Translations under genes and position numbers: made by a program
From: Rhodospirillales bacterium
Lineage (GTDB): Bacteria > Pseudomonadota > Alphaproteobacteria > SMXQ01
Length of the DNA stretch: 64,000 bases
Assembly (NCBI GenBank): GCA_018666775.1
Contig: JABIXC010000010.1
Location: 193,079 to 257,078, forward strand
Direction: 5' to 3'
Shown here: one piece after another, positions 19,418 through 31,208 of the stretch
Layout of the letters: every line of letters starts with the position of its first letter
Position numbering within the stretch: the stretch's first letter is position 1
Notes under the pieces: model-generated
Database searches by the model: none
What the model was told of the DNA's origin: nothing
The model's input: the letters and a program-made list of their open reading frames with translations, nothing else

Positions 19418-20299
19418 TTACTCTGCGCTTGCAGATTTGTTGTCGAGTTTATTGTTGCGCGGTTGGTATGAAATGCCAGGCACGGGTTGGGCAGAGGTTG
19501 GCGCCCCATTCAGGATTTCATTGGTCCGGCGTTGACGGTACAGGCTGCGAATAGCGGTGTAGTAATCAATCGAGGTCCGTTTCAGCTCGTCCAGGGTTTC
19601 CATATTTCGTGCCCGAAAATCGATCCCGGTGGTCATTGCCCGAGCCGTGATCCAGCCATCGGCATTTTCATTGCGTGCCCAGATGTTAACAGGATCTAGG
19701 AAATATTCGGTGACTAGACCAGCCGCATCGCGGGGATTGCTGGGGCCGAAAAATGGCAGAACCAGATACATCCCGTCGCTGACACCCCATTTGGCAAAGG
19801 TCTGCCCAAAATCTTCAGAATGGCGTTCCATGCCCATAGACGTGGCAGCATCGAAGACGCCTAGAATACCAACCGTGGTGTTGATCACAAACCGACCCGT
19901 GGTATTGCCCGCGCGGTCCATTTCACCTTGTAAAAGGTCGTTTGCCAAAACCACGGGAGAGCGCAAATTGGAAAGGAAATTGTTGACGCCCTTCTGGACA
20001 GGTTCGGGTAAAACTTCACGGTAAACGGTTGCCGCAGGTTTGAAGAACATGCCGTCAACCTGAAGGTTGAATTGGAACATTGCCCGGTTAAAGGGTTCCA
20101 ATGGGTCGTTGTCATTTTCAAATTCAGCCCGCGCAGCTGGGTCACTTGGCGGGGTGGCACACCCCTGCAAAAGGAAGCCACCCATGACGATGGTCAAACC
20201 AGCCACAAACCGTGGCAGGGCACTTAACCCTAATGAAGAAAAAGCAAACATCATGTCTTTCCGATAAACGCGGCCCAAAATCGTGCCGTAGTTAACCAT
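19418..20299 (-). CDS. mlaA: MlaA/VacJ family outer-membrane lipoprotein
   Basis: Lipobox (LLQGCATP) and the VacJ core (DPLEPFNRAMFQFN...VLPFFGPSNPRD); it is paired with mlaC. Confidence 0.8.
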   Translation of the reverse strand: MVNYGTILGRVYRKDMMFAFSSLGLSALPRFVAGLTIVMGGFLLQGCATPPSDPAARAEFENDNDPLEPFNRAMFQFNLQVDGMFFKPAATVYREVLPEPVQKGVNNFLSNLRSPVVLANDLLQGEMDRAGNTTGRFVINTTVGILGVFDAATSMGMERHSEDFGQTFAKWGVSDGMYLVLPFFGPSNPRDAAGLVTEYFLDPVNIWARNENADGWITARAMTTGIDFRARNMETLDELKRTSIDYYTAIRSLYRQRRTNEILNGAPTSAQPVPGISYQPRNNKLDNKSASAE

Positions 20300-20676
20300 A
20301 TAATAGATTGATCACCAAACAAGTTACACAAAAAAATACACGGGTCTTAGATAGTTACCCCAATTTTGGCAAGCATGGAAGGGGGCTTGAATTGAACCGC
20401 TATGATTGCTCCGTCATGTAAAGTTTTTCTTAAATTGGACGTAAAAATATGGCTTTTTAATTTTTTACGCATATCCAAAAATGCATCTAAATTATAGGTT
20501 TTGTTCTTTGCAGGGGGTCGTTATTTGGGGCAAAAAATCTGTGATTACCCCCAAATATTCGTCATTTTTTTACAATTTCTTCATACATAATAATATATTT
20601 ATTAATATATACATATAGGATATGTTGCCGCATCCACACCGCCCCGCCGTTTTGGGGGGCAATTTACTGAGATGAT

Positions 20677-21657
20677 GTGGGTTGCGCGCAAAGAATGGAA
20701 AACGTGATGGTTGGTTTTGATGAATTTCTGACAAGTCTTCGGGCAGCGGCTGAGCCGACCCGACTTCGGTTGCTGGTGCTGTGTGCCAGTGGCGAATTAA
20801 CGGTGACGGAATTGACCCAGATTTTGGGCCAGAGCCAGCCGCGTGTTTCCAGACACCTCAAACTTTTGGTCGATGCGGGGCTTTTGGAACGATTCCGCGA
20901 AGGCACATGGGCTTTTTATCGTCTGGCGCGGGAAACAGACCGGGCTAAACTTGCCCGTAAAATTGTTGATATGTTGCCGATGGATGATCTCGCGTTTACC
21001 CGGGATATGGAGCGGTTTTCCGACATTCAGCAGGACCGGGCCAAAGAAGCCCAAGCTTATTTTAGTAAAAATGCTGCCCAGTGGGATGCATTACGTAAAT
21101 TACATGCCGATGATTCAATGGTCGACGCCGCCGTGCTTAAAGTTTTGGGCGATGCCCCGATTGGGTCGTTCCTGGATATCGGGACCGGCACCGGGTGCAT
21201 GCTGGAATTGCTGGGGCCGCGCGCAAAAGACGGGCTCGGCATTGATTTCTCAAGCGACATGTTAAACGTGGCCCGGGCCAATCTGGAACGTGCAAAGCTC
21301 GTTAATTGTCAGGTTCGTCATGGCGACATGTATGGCTTGTCCGCTGATGGCCGCCAGTTTGATCTGGTGACCATCCATCAGGTGTTGCATTACGCCGACC
21401 AGCCCGGGGTGGTCATCGCTGAGGCATCCAGGGTTCTTAAGCCCGGTGGCTCTCTGGTGATCATTGATTTTGCCCCCCACAGCGAAGAAACGCTGCGCAT
21501 CGATCATGCCCACCGCCGTCTTGGGTTCAAAGATGACGAAGTTTCTGATTGGTGTGTTGCTGCGGGCCTTGAGCCTCAGGCCCCGGTCTCTCTTGCCGGA
21601 GAGCCCTTGACGGTAAAAATCTGGCTTTCCCAAAAGGCAGCGGGAGCAGGATCATGA
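20677..21657 (+). CDS. sahR: SahR-type regulator: ArsR-family HTH fused to a SAM-dependent methyltransferase-like effector domain
   Basis: N-terminal ArsR HTH (LRLLVLCASGELTVTELTQILGQSQPRVSRHLKLLVDAGLL) plus an MTase fold (LDIGTGTGCMLELL...VLKPGGSLVIIDF). It sits immediately upstream of metF-metH, as described for the SAH-responsive regulator SahR. The start may be the ATG about 18 nt downstream (MENVMV). Confidence 0.8.
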   Translation: MGCAQRMENVMVGFDEFLTSLRAAAEPTRLRLLVLCASGELTVTELTQILGQSQPRVSRHLKLLVDAGLLERFREGTWAFYRLARETDRAKLARKIVDMLPMDDLAFTRDMERFSDIQQDRAKEAQAYFSKNAAQWDALRKLHADDSMVDAAVLKVLGDAPIGSFLDIGTGTGCMLELLGPRAKDGLGIDFSSDMLNVARANLERAKLVNCQVRHGDMYGLSADGRQFDLVTIHQVLHYADQPGVVIAEASRVLKPGGSLVIIDFAPHSEETLRIDHAHRRLGFKDDEVSDWCVAAGLEPQAPVSLAGEPLTVKIWLSQKAAGAGS

Positions 21658-22562
21658 TGAGAGCACCATTTTTTGATGCAGGGGCCAGTGGAAATATCAC
21701 GGGCGATATCGCGGTTTCATTCGAATTTTTTCCGCCAAAGACCGAAAAAATGGAAGCAGCCCTTTGGGATTCAATCGGGCGTTTGGCACCCCTTGGTCCC
21801 CGGTTTGTTTCCGTAACTTATGGTGCCGGGGGCACAACACGGGAACGCACCCATGCAACGGTGGTGCGCATTTTGAAAGAAACGGCACTCACCCCTGCGG
21901 CACATTTAACCTGCGTGGGCGCATCACGCGAAGAAGTATTAGAGGTGGCCCGTGAATATTGGGACGCCGGTGTGCGCCATATTGTGGCCCTTCGGGGTGA
22001 TCCGCTTGATGGCGATCAAGCCTATGTTCCCCATGTGGGCGGGTTTGCCTATGCCGAAGAACTGGTTTCGGGGCTGAAAAGTGTTGGGGATTTCGATATT
22101 TCCGTTGCGGCTTATCCTGAATCGCATCCCACAGCAGTTAGCCCGGAAGCCGATATTGATAATTTAAAGCGCAAAATTGATGCCGGAGCCAACCGCGCCA
22201 TTACCCAGTTTTTCTTCGATCCTGATACTTACTTTCGGTTTCTGGATCGCGTTCGCGCAGCAGGCATCAGCGTGCCGATTATCCCGGGCATCTTGCCGGT
22301 CACAAATTTTGCCCAAGTGCAGAAATTTTCAAAGATGTGTGGTGCATCAATACCCGATTGGATGGCGCAATTGTTTGAAGGCCTGGATGAAGATACCGAA
22401 ACCCGCAAACTGGTGGCAGCGACGCTGGCGGCTGAACAATGCCGGGCACTGGCCGCAGGCGGGGTGCAGGAGTTTCATTTTTATACCCTGAACCGCGCTG
22501 ATCTTGCCTATGCCATTTGTCACATTCTGGGGCTTCGACCCAGTGTTGGAGAGGGCGCGTAA
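21654..22562 (+). CDS. metF: 5,10-methylenetetrahydrofolate reductase
   Basis: The sequence [44 protein letters not shown] is typical of MetF. Confidence 0.93.
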   Translation: MMRAPFFDAGASGNITGDIAVSFEFFPPKTEKMEAALWDSIGRLAPLGPRFVSVTYGAGGTTRERTHATVVRILKETALTPAAHLTCVGASREEVLEVAREYWDAGVRHIVALRGDPLDGDQAYVPHVGGFAYAEELVSGLKSVGDFDISVAAYPESHPTAVSPEADIDNLKRKIDAGANRAITQFFFDPDTYFRFLDRVRAAGISVPIIPGILPVTNFAQVQKFSKMCGASIPDWMAQLFEGLDEDTETRKLVAATLAAEQCRALAAGGVQEFHFYTLNRADLAYAICHILGLRPSVGEGA

Positions 22563-25500
22563 TGGATAACGACATTCGCGCGCGCCTTGAAGCGATCATG
22601 GCAGAGCGCATTTTAGTGCTCGATGGGGCCATGGGCACCATGATCCAGAACCGGAAATTGAACGAAGAGGATTTCTCTGGCGACCGTTTCAGGGACTGGA
22701 CCTGTGATCTGAAGGGCAATAACGATCTTTTGAACCTGAGCCGCCCCGATATCATTGCCGATATCCACGAATCGTTTCTGGAAGCGGGCGCTGATCTGAT
22801 TGAAACCAACACCTTCAATTCCACTACCATTTCCCAGGCCGATTATCGGACCCAGAATTTTGTCCATGAATTGAATGAACAGGGTGCCATTCTTGCGCGG
22901 TTTGCGGCAGATATATGGACCAAAAAAACCCCGGAAAAGCCCCGTTTTGTGGTCGGTGTGTTGGGGCCAACCAACCGCACGGCCACCATGTCTCCCGATG
23001 TGAATGATCCGGGCTTTCGCAACATTTCCTTTGATGATTTGGCCAAGGATTATCGCCTCGCCCTTGATGGGTTGTTGGCAGGCGGGGCCGACATCATCAT
23101 GATCGAGACCTCGTTCGATACTTTGAATGCAAAGGCAGCGATATATGCCTTGATGGCGCGCGCCGATGAAACCGGTGAAATGCCGCCGGTGATGATATCG
23201 GGCACCATCACGGATGCATCCGGGCGCACGTTATCGGGCCAAACCCCCGAAGCCTTTTGGAATGCCGTTTCCCATGTGCGGCCCCTGTCGGTGGGGTTCA
23301 ATTGTTCTTTGGGTGCAGAGGGCCTACGCGCCCATATCCATACCTTGTCGCGGGTGGCTGGGGTGCCCATTTCGGTTCATCCCAATGCGGGCCTGCCCAA
23401 TGCCTTTGGCACCTATGATGAAACGCCAGAAATGATGGGATTCCAGATCGGCGGGTTTGCCCGTGATGGCATCATCAACATCGTTGGTGGGTGTTGTGGC
23501 ACCACACCGGAACATATTCGCGAAATTGCCGATCAGGTTGACGGGGTAATCCCCCGTCCCGTCCCGGAAATAACGCCTGCGTGTCGTCTTTCAGGGATGG
23601 AGCCTCTGACAATTGGGGGCAACTCTTCTGAGGATGAAATTGGCAGTGGCGCCCTGTTTGTCAATATAGGTGAGCGCACCAATGTTGCGGGTTCTGCCCG
23701 GTTTGCCAAACTGATCCGCGAAGGCGATTTTGATGCGTCTTTGAAAATTGCCCGTGAACAGGTGAACAACGGCGCCCAGGTGATTGACGTCAACATGGAT
23801 GACGCCATGCTGGATGCCGAAGAATGCATGGTGCGTTTTCTGCATTTGGTGGCAGCAGAACCAGACATTGCGCGGGTGCCGGTCATGGTGGATTCGTCGC
23901 GCTGGCCCGTGGTGATTGCCGGGCTTAAATGCCTGCAGGGAAAGGGCGTGGTGAATTCCATTAGCCTGAAAGAAGGCGAAGAAATTTTTATCAATCAAGC
24001 CCGCGAAGTTCGACGCTTCGGTGCCGCCGTGGTGGTCATGGCCTTTGATGAACAGGGCCAGGCCGATAGTCTGGAACGAAAAATCAACATCTGTGCCCGG
24101 GCCTACAAGATTTTGACCGAAACCGTCGATTTCCCGCCCGAAGACATCATCTTTGATCCCAATGTTTTTGCCGTCGCCACCGGGATCGAAGAACACAATA
24201 ATTATGGCGTGGACTTTATCGAAGCCATCCGCACCATTAAGGCCGATTTACCCCATGCCCATATTTCGGGCGGGGTATCGAACCTGTCCTTTTCGTTCCG
24301 GGGTAATGATCCCGTTCGTGAAGCCATGCACGCGGTATTTTTGTATCACGCGGTGAAGGCAGGCATGGATATGGGCATCGTCAATGCGGGCCAATTGGCC
24401 ATCTATGCCGATATTCAGCAAGATTTGCGCGAACGCGTCGAAGACGTGGTGCTCAATCGTCGCGAAGATTCCACCGACCGATTGCTGGAAGTGGCCGACC
24501 ATGTGCGCGGCGAACGTAAGGAAAAAGTTGAAGACCTGTCGTGGCGCGAAGCCCCGGTGGGCGAACGGCTGACCCATGGATTGGTCAAGGGCATCACCGA
24601 ATACATTGTCGAAGACACCGAAGAAGCCCGCCTTGAGGCCAATTTTTCCATTGAAGTGATCGAAGGCCCGTTGATGGATGGCATGAACGTGGTGGGCGAT
24701 TTGTTTGGATCAGGCCAGATGTTTTTGCCCCAGGTGGTGAAATCTGCCCGGGTCATGAAACAGGCCGTGGCCCATTTGATCCCCTTTATCGAAGACGAAA
24801 AAGCGGCGGGCAAGCGTGGGCCGAAGGGCCGGGTGATCATGGCCACGGTTAAGGGCGATGTTCACGATATTGGCAAGAACATCGTTGGCGTTGTGTTGCA
24901 ATGCAACAATTTCGAAGTCATCGATCTGGGCGTCATGGTGCCCTATGACACCATTTTGGAAGCCGCAGCCAAACACGAAGCCAATATGATCGGGCTTTCA
25001 GGTCTGATCACGCCGTCGTTGGAAGAAATGACCGTGATCGCTGCGGAAATGGAGCGCAGGAAATTAACCCTGCCGCTTTTGATCGGCGGGGCCACAACAT
25101 CAAAGGTGCATACAGCTGTAAAAATTGCGCCCAATTATTCAGGGCCTGTGGTCCATGTTCTGGATGCATCGCGCGCCGTTGGGGTTGCCCAAAAACTGGT
25201 GTCTGATACCCAGGCCAGCGCTTTCGTAAAAGAAGTGGCCGATGATTATAACGATGTGCGGGTGGCGTTCGAATCCGGCGATGACACAGCCCGGCTGCAC
25301 ACTATTGAAGATGCCCGGGCCAATGGCGTTAAAATTGATTGGGATGGGTATGCGCCACCAACCCCGGCCCTGACCGGCATTCAGGCGTTTAACGATTATG
25401 ATCTGGCCGAAATCGCAGAATTTATCGACTGGACGCCCTTTTTCCAAACCTGGGAACTGAAAGGCCGTTATCCGGCCATTTTAGAAGATGCCAAACAAGG

Positions 25501-26278
25501 TAAGGCCGCGCGCAGCCTGTTTGATGATGCGCAAGCAATGCTGAAAAAAATTATCGATGAACGGTGGCTGATTGCCCGGGGCGTGATCGGTTTGTGGCCG
25601 GCCAACGCCGTCGGCGATGATGTCGAACTCTATACCGATGATACCCGGAAAGCCGTTATGGAACCGGTGCATTTCCTGCGCCAGCAGATGAAAAAGACCC
25701 GGGGCCAAAATGTGTGCCTCGCTGATTTCGTGGCACCTAAGGAAACCGGGATAAAGGATTACATGGGTGGCTTTGCTGTTACGGCAGGGCTTGGCTGTGC
25801 GACGCGGGCCAAAGCGTTTGAGGCAGCGGGGGATGATTACCAATCAATCTTGTTGAAGGCGCTGGCCGATCGTTTGGCCGAAGCCTTTGCCGAACGCATG
25901 CATCAACGCCTGCGCGTTGAATACTGGGGTTATGGCGCACAAGAAGCGCTGATGAATGATGATTTGATTGCCGAAAAATACGCAGGCCTTCGCCCTGCTC
26001 CGGGCTATCCCGCCTGCCCGGATCATTCGGAAAAGCCAGCCCTGTTCGAATTGTTATCAGCCCGCCAAAACACCGGCATGGCATTGACCGAAAGCTTCGC
26101 CATGCAGCCCGCCGCCAGCGTGTCTGGCTATTACATCGGCCACCCGGACGCGCGCTATTTTGGCCTAGGTAAAATCGGCCGCGACCAAGTCGAAGACTAC
26201 GCAAACCGCCGTGATGTCAGCACCGAACAAGTTGAGCGCTGGCTGGCCTCCAATCTGGCCTATACACCGGGAAAATAA
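22562..26278 (+). CDS. metH: cobalamin-dependent methionine synthase
   Basis: About 1239 aa containing the Hcy-binding, pterin-binding, B12-binding (GDVHDIGKN) and AdoMet-activation domains. The ATG at 22562 overlaps the metF stop (TAATG); the track ORF begins at an upstream in-frame M. Confidence 0.95.
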   Translation: MDNDIRARLEAIMAERILVLDGAMGTMIQNRKLNEEDFSGDRFRDWTCDLKGNNDLLNLSRPDIIADIHESFLEAGADLIETNTFNSTTISQADYRTQNFVHELNEQGAILARFAADIWTKKTPEKPRFVVGVLGPTNRTATMSPDVNDPGFRNISFDDLAKDYRLALDGLLAGGADIIMIETSFDTLNAKAAIYALMARADETGEMPPVMISGTITDASGRTLSGQTPEAFWNAVSHVRPLSVGFNCSLGAEGLRAHIHTLSRVAGVPISVHPNAGLPNAFGTYDETPEMMGFQIGGFARDGIINIVGGCCGTTPEHIREIADQVDGVIPRPVPEITPACRLSGMEPLTIGGNSSEDEIGSGALFVNIGERTNVAGSARFAKLIREGDFDASLKIAREQVNNGAQVIDVNMDDAMLDAEECMVRFLHLVAAEPDIARVPVMVDSSRWPVVIAGLKCLQGKGVVNSISLKEGEEIFINQAREVRRFGAAVVVMAFDEQGQADSLERKINICARAYKILTETVDFPPEDIIFDPNVFAVATGIEEHNNYGVDFIEAIRTIKADLPHAHISGGVSNLSFSFRGNDPVREAMHAVFLYHAVKAGMDMGIVNAGQLAIYADIQQDLRERVEDVVLNRREDSTDRLLEVADHVRGERKEKVEDLSWREAPVGERLTHGLVKGITEYIVEDTEEARLEANFSIEVIEGPLMDGMNVVGDLFGSGQMFLPQVVKSARVMKQAVAHLIPFIEDEKAAGKRGPKGRVIMATVKGDVHDIGKNIVGVVLQCNNFEVIDLGVMVPYDTILEAAAKHEANMIGLSGLITPSLEEMTVIAAEMERRKLTLPLLIGGATTSKVHTAVKIAPNYSGPVVHVLDASRAVGVAQKLVSDTQASAFVKEVADDYNDVRVAFESGDDTARLHTIEDARANGVKIDWDGYAPPTPALTGIQAFNDYDLAEIAEFIDWTPFFQTWELKGRYPAILEDAKQGKAARSLFDDAQAMLKKIIDERWLIARGVIGLWPANAVGDDVELYTDDTRKAVMEPVHFLRQQMKKTRGQNVCLADFVAPKETGIKDYMGGFAVTAGLGCATRAKAFEAAGDDYQSILLKALADRLAEAFAERMHQRLRVEYWGYGAQEALMNDDLIAEKYAGLRPAPGYPACPDHSEKPALFELLSARQNTGMALTESFAMQPAASVSGYYIGHPDARYFGLGKIGRDQVEDYANRRDVSTEQVERWLASNLAYTPGK

Positions 26279-26288
26279 ACCCGTCTTT

Positions 26289-26789
26289 TTAAATCCCGAA
26301 TGCAGCAGGGTAGGTTACTTTCAGGTCTGACCCGGAAAGCGTGCCGGGGGTTAATTCAAGGGCCATCAGTGCCGGGCCTGAAAAAGGTGCATCAAGGCAT
26401 CTTGCAAGATCAGCCGAAAACCCAAAGCGTGGATAGTACATTTCGTGGCCCAGCACGACGATCACGTTTATCTCTAAACTTCGGCATATTTCCAACCCTT
26501 CCTTGATCATGGCGGTGCCGATCCTCTTTTTCTGATGATCGGGGTGCACGGACATTGGCGCCAGCGCGGCGGCATTTTCAATGCCCTCAATGATCAGATC
26601 GGTGAACATCAGGTGGCCAATGACCCGGCCCGCATCATTCGTTGCCACCAGAGACAAGATCACGGAACCGTCTTCGCGCAAACGCTGGATTAATTGCGCT
26701 TCGTCCTTTTGTCCAAATGCTGCCGTGGTGACATTCTTAATGGCCAAATGATCGGCAGGCGTTTCAAGGCGGATAGTGACGGGCGGCAT
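26289..26789 (-). CDS. GNAT family N-acetyltransferase
   Basis: 166 aa with an acetyl-CoA-binding motif (VHPDHQKKRIGTAMIKEGLEI). Confidence 0.8.
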   Translation of the reverse strand: MPPVTIRLETPADHLAIKNVTTAAFGQKDEAQLIQRLREDGSVILSLVATNDAGRVIGHLMFTDLIIEGIENAAALAPMSVHPDHQKKRIGTAMIKEGLEICRSLEINVIVVLGHEMYYPRFGFSADLARCLDAPFSGPALMALELTPGTLSGSDLKVTYPAAFGI

Positions 26790-26802
26790 GACCTGATCCT
26801 TA

Positions 26803-26838
26803 TAAAAAAAAGGCGGGGAATTTTTCCCCGCCCTTTTT
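26803..26838. terminator. rho-independent terminator of thiC (bidirectional-looking)
   Basis: AAAAAAAAGGCGGGGAA-TTTTT-CCCCGCCCTTTTT. Confidence 0.8.
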
Positions 26839-26859
26839 AGATTTGTTTTAACTGCTTGG

Positions 26860-28755
<1,896 letters not shown>

Positions 28756-28865
28756 TTACAGGGCTGATCCGGGGAAAACCGTGGGGCATTTGAAAGTGGC
28801 ATTGAAGCCTTGAGGCGCGGATCAAAAATTGCCGCTAAATGGTTGCCGTTAGGCCTCGCCTCATT

Positions 28866-28992
28866 CCTTTCCTACGCCGGTACGATCCGGATCAGGTTCA
28901 AAGGGTTCTATCATCTTTAATGCCGTGAAAAAGCAGTTCTTTTTACGGCCCTGAGATGATGGTTCTCAGCCCCATGCAGGAGCACCCCCAGG
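28866..28992 (-). promoter_or_regulatory. TPP (THI-box) riboswitch in the thiC leader
   Basis: Minus-strand sequence GGGGTGCTCC...GGCTGAGAACC...ACCCTTTGAACCTGATCCGGATCGTACCGGCGTAGGAAAGG matches the THI-element consensus (GGGGUGCC...CUGAGA...ACCCUUUGAACCUGAUCCGGAUAAUGCCGGCGUAGGGA). Confidence 0.85.
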
Positions 28993-29343
28993 AACAGGCC
29001 CATGGTGTGCGAACGCTTCTTAAAGGTCAAGGGTGGACTTGTTTGCGGCCGTAAAAAATGTTGAATAACATGGTAATTTTTGGCTGTTTTCGGGTTTTTT
29101 TAGGGGCTGTGGATAAACGGCGCCTTAAGGTTCTGGCGATCATGATGGGTCACGTAAAACGCCGGGGGGGCCGGCTATAAACTGATCATTTGGTTTAACG
29201 TTGGCGGATAATACCGTGGGCAATTTAAGCAGATCAAAGGCCATTCAAGATTTTTCCGAAAGCGCAATCGCTTTCCTGGAATCCCATGTTGCGGACAAGG
29301 CTCGTAAACAAGTTTTTGATTCATAAACGTTTTTGGCTTTAAG

Positions 29344-31161
29344 ATGGGGAACCCTTATCAAAACCCCAAGAGCATGGCCAAACCAGCGCAGCATTTTCAT
29401 GATGTCCTATCGTTTCTGAACACATTTGTCAGGAACCGCCAGTTTGTCTTGTTTGGATTGGGGATTGCCATTGGCGCGGTGGCGGCAGGGGCGGCCATTG
29501 CCTTTCGCGATTTGATCGGGCTGATCCAGTTCGTTGGTTTTGGTTTCTCATCAGAGCGTATGTATACCCAGGCCGCCCAATTGCCGTGGTGGCAGATCCT
29601 TTTGGTGCCAACCCTTGGCGGGTTGATGGTGGGCTTGCTGATCCATTTTTATATGCCTGATCGAAGGCCCCGGGGCGTGCCTGATGTGATGGAGGCAACG
29701 GCGCTTCATGGCGGGCGGTTGAACTTCAGGACAGGCATGGTTGCGGCCCTTGCATCAATGGTGTCCATTGGGAGCGGGGCATCCGTTGGCCGTGAAGGCC
29801 CGGTGGTTCATTTGGGCGCAACCCTGTCTGCATGGATTGCCCGCAGGTTGCATCTGTCGCGCCAGCTCCGGTTGACGCTGTTGGGGTGTGGGGCGGCATC
29901 GGCCATTGCGGCATCCTTTAACACGCCCATTGCCGGGGTGTTTTTTGCCCTTGAAGTGGTGGTCGGGCATTACGCCCTTTCTTCTTTTGCCCCTATTGTC
30001 ATCGCCTCTGTGACCGGGACCATCATTTCCAGGCTTTACTACGGTAACTTTCCAGCCTTCACCATTCCCAATCAAACCATTGCATCGTTTCTGGAATTGC
30101 CAGCCTTTGCGCTTTTGGGCGTGGTGGCAGCCATCATTGCCACAGCCTTTATCAAGGCGACCATGGCGGCGCAAAATCAGGCGGCGCAATTGCCGGGTCC
30201 TGTCTGGATCAGGCCGGCGATGGCTGGATTGATATTGGGTGGTGTTGGGATTGCATTTCCCCATGTTTTGGGGGTGGGCTATGAAACCACCGATGCGGCT
30301 TTGTCCGTGAAATTTTCTTTGGCCATGATGATCGGATTGCTGATCTTGAAATGGGCCATGACAGTTTTATGTCTGGGTGCTGGCTTTTCTGGCGGCGTGT
30401 TCAGCCCGTCTTTGGTGATGGGGGCACTGGCCGGCGGTGCCTTTGGCATCATCGCAACGGCGGCGTTTCCGGAATTGTCATCGGGGCCTGGAACCTATGC
30501 CATTGTTGGGATGGGAGCGTTGGCGGGCGCGGTTCTGGGGGCGCCGATTTCAACCATTTTGATCATTTTCGAACTGACATCCAATTTCACCCTGACCATT
30601 GCTGTGATGGTGGGGGTGGTGGTGGCTTCGGTGATCACAGAACAGGCGGCAGGACATTCGTTCTTTACCCAGCAGTTGAAACGCCGGGGCATCAGCCTTG
30701 ATAGTGGGCGGGAAACCGGGCTTTTGCGCTCCAGGCGGGTGGATGAGATCATGCGCGATGATTACGATGGGGTGCCCGAAGATATGTCCTTGCCGCAATT
30801 GCGCGCACGCCTGCAAAAGGTTTCGTACGGTGAACTCTTCATGATCAACGCAGATGGCGCCTTAAGTGGCACCATTACTTTGGCCGATCTATCCGAAGCG
30901 GCCTTTGAAACGTCATATGACGCGCATTTAAAGGCCGTGGATGTGGCGCGTGCCAACCCGCCGGTGCTGCCCATCAGCGCCAATCTGGAGGAAGCGCGAC
31001 GCCTGCTGGATGACGCCCAGGAAAACCAGATTGCCGTCGTTGAAGACATGGAAAGCATGACGCTGGTTGGCTTCTTGCGGGAACGCGATGTCATGGCGGC
31101 CTACAATCAGGCCATGGAAGCCGCCCGGGCCGAAGAAAGAGGCGAAGTGTCGTCGGGATAG
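29344..31161 (+). CDS. ClC-family chloride channel/antiporter with C-terminal CBS pair
   Basis: ClC selectivity motifs GSGASVGREGP and GVFFAL are present, followed by about 150 aa of CBS domains. Confidence 0.88.
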   Translation: MGNPYQNPKSMAKPAQHFHDVLSFLNTFVRNRQFVLFGLGIAIGAVAAGAAIAFRDLIGLIQFVGFGFSSERMYTQAAQLPWWQILLVPTLGGLMVGLLIHFYMPDRRPRGVPDVMEATALHGGRLNFRTGMVAALASMVSIGSGASVGREGPVVHLGATLSAWIARRLHLSRQLRLTLLGCGAASAIAASFNTPIAGVFFALEVVVGHYALSSFAPIVIASVTGTIISRLYYGNFPAFTIPNQTIASFLELPAFALLGVVAAIIATAFIKATMAAQNQAAQLPGPVWIRPAMAGLILGGVGIAFPHVLGVGYETTDAALSVKFSLAMMIGLLILKWAMTVLCLGAGFSGGVFSPSLVMGALAGGAFGIIATAAFPELSSGPGTYAIVGMGALAGAVLGAPISTILIIFELTSNFTLTIAVMVGVVVASVITEQAAGHSFFTQQLKRRGISLDSGRETGLLRSRRVDEIMRDDYDGVPEDMSLPQLRARLQKVSYGELFMINADGALSGTITLADLSEAAFETSYDAHLKAVDVARANPPVLPISANLEEARRLLDDAQENQIAVVEDMESMTLVGFLRERDVMAAYNQAMEAARAEERGEVSSG

Positions 31162-31208
31162 TGATTAGTCGTGGATTTGGGGCACCCTGATCGTGCTATA
31201 AGGGGTCG

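Noticed and set aside
22300-22830. 176-aa minus-strand ORF spanning the metF/metH junction
   Set aside because: Antisense to two strongly supported, translationally coupled genes, and it has no family resemblance.
29140-29230. Possible fluoride (crcB) riboswitch upstream of the ClC gene (GGCGATCATGATGG ... AAACGCC ... CTGATCATT)
   Set aside because: Spacing does not fit the crcB-motif architecture: the loop between GGCG and CGCC is far too long. The ClC also carries the chloride-type GREGP filter and CBS domains rather than CLC-F features. It is more likely an ordinary leader hairpin.
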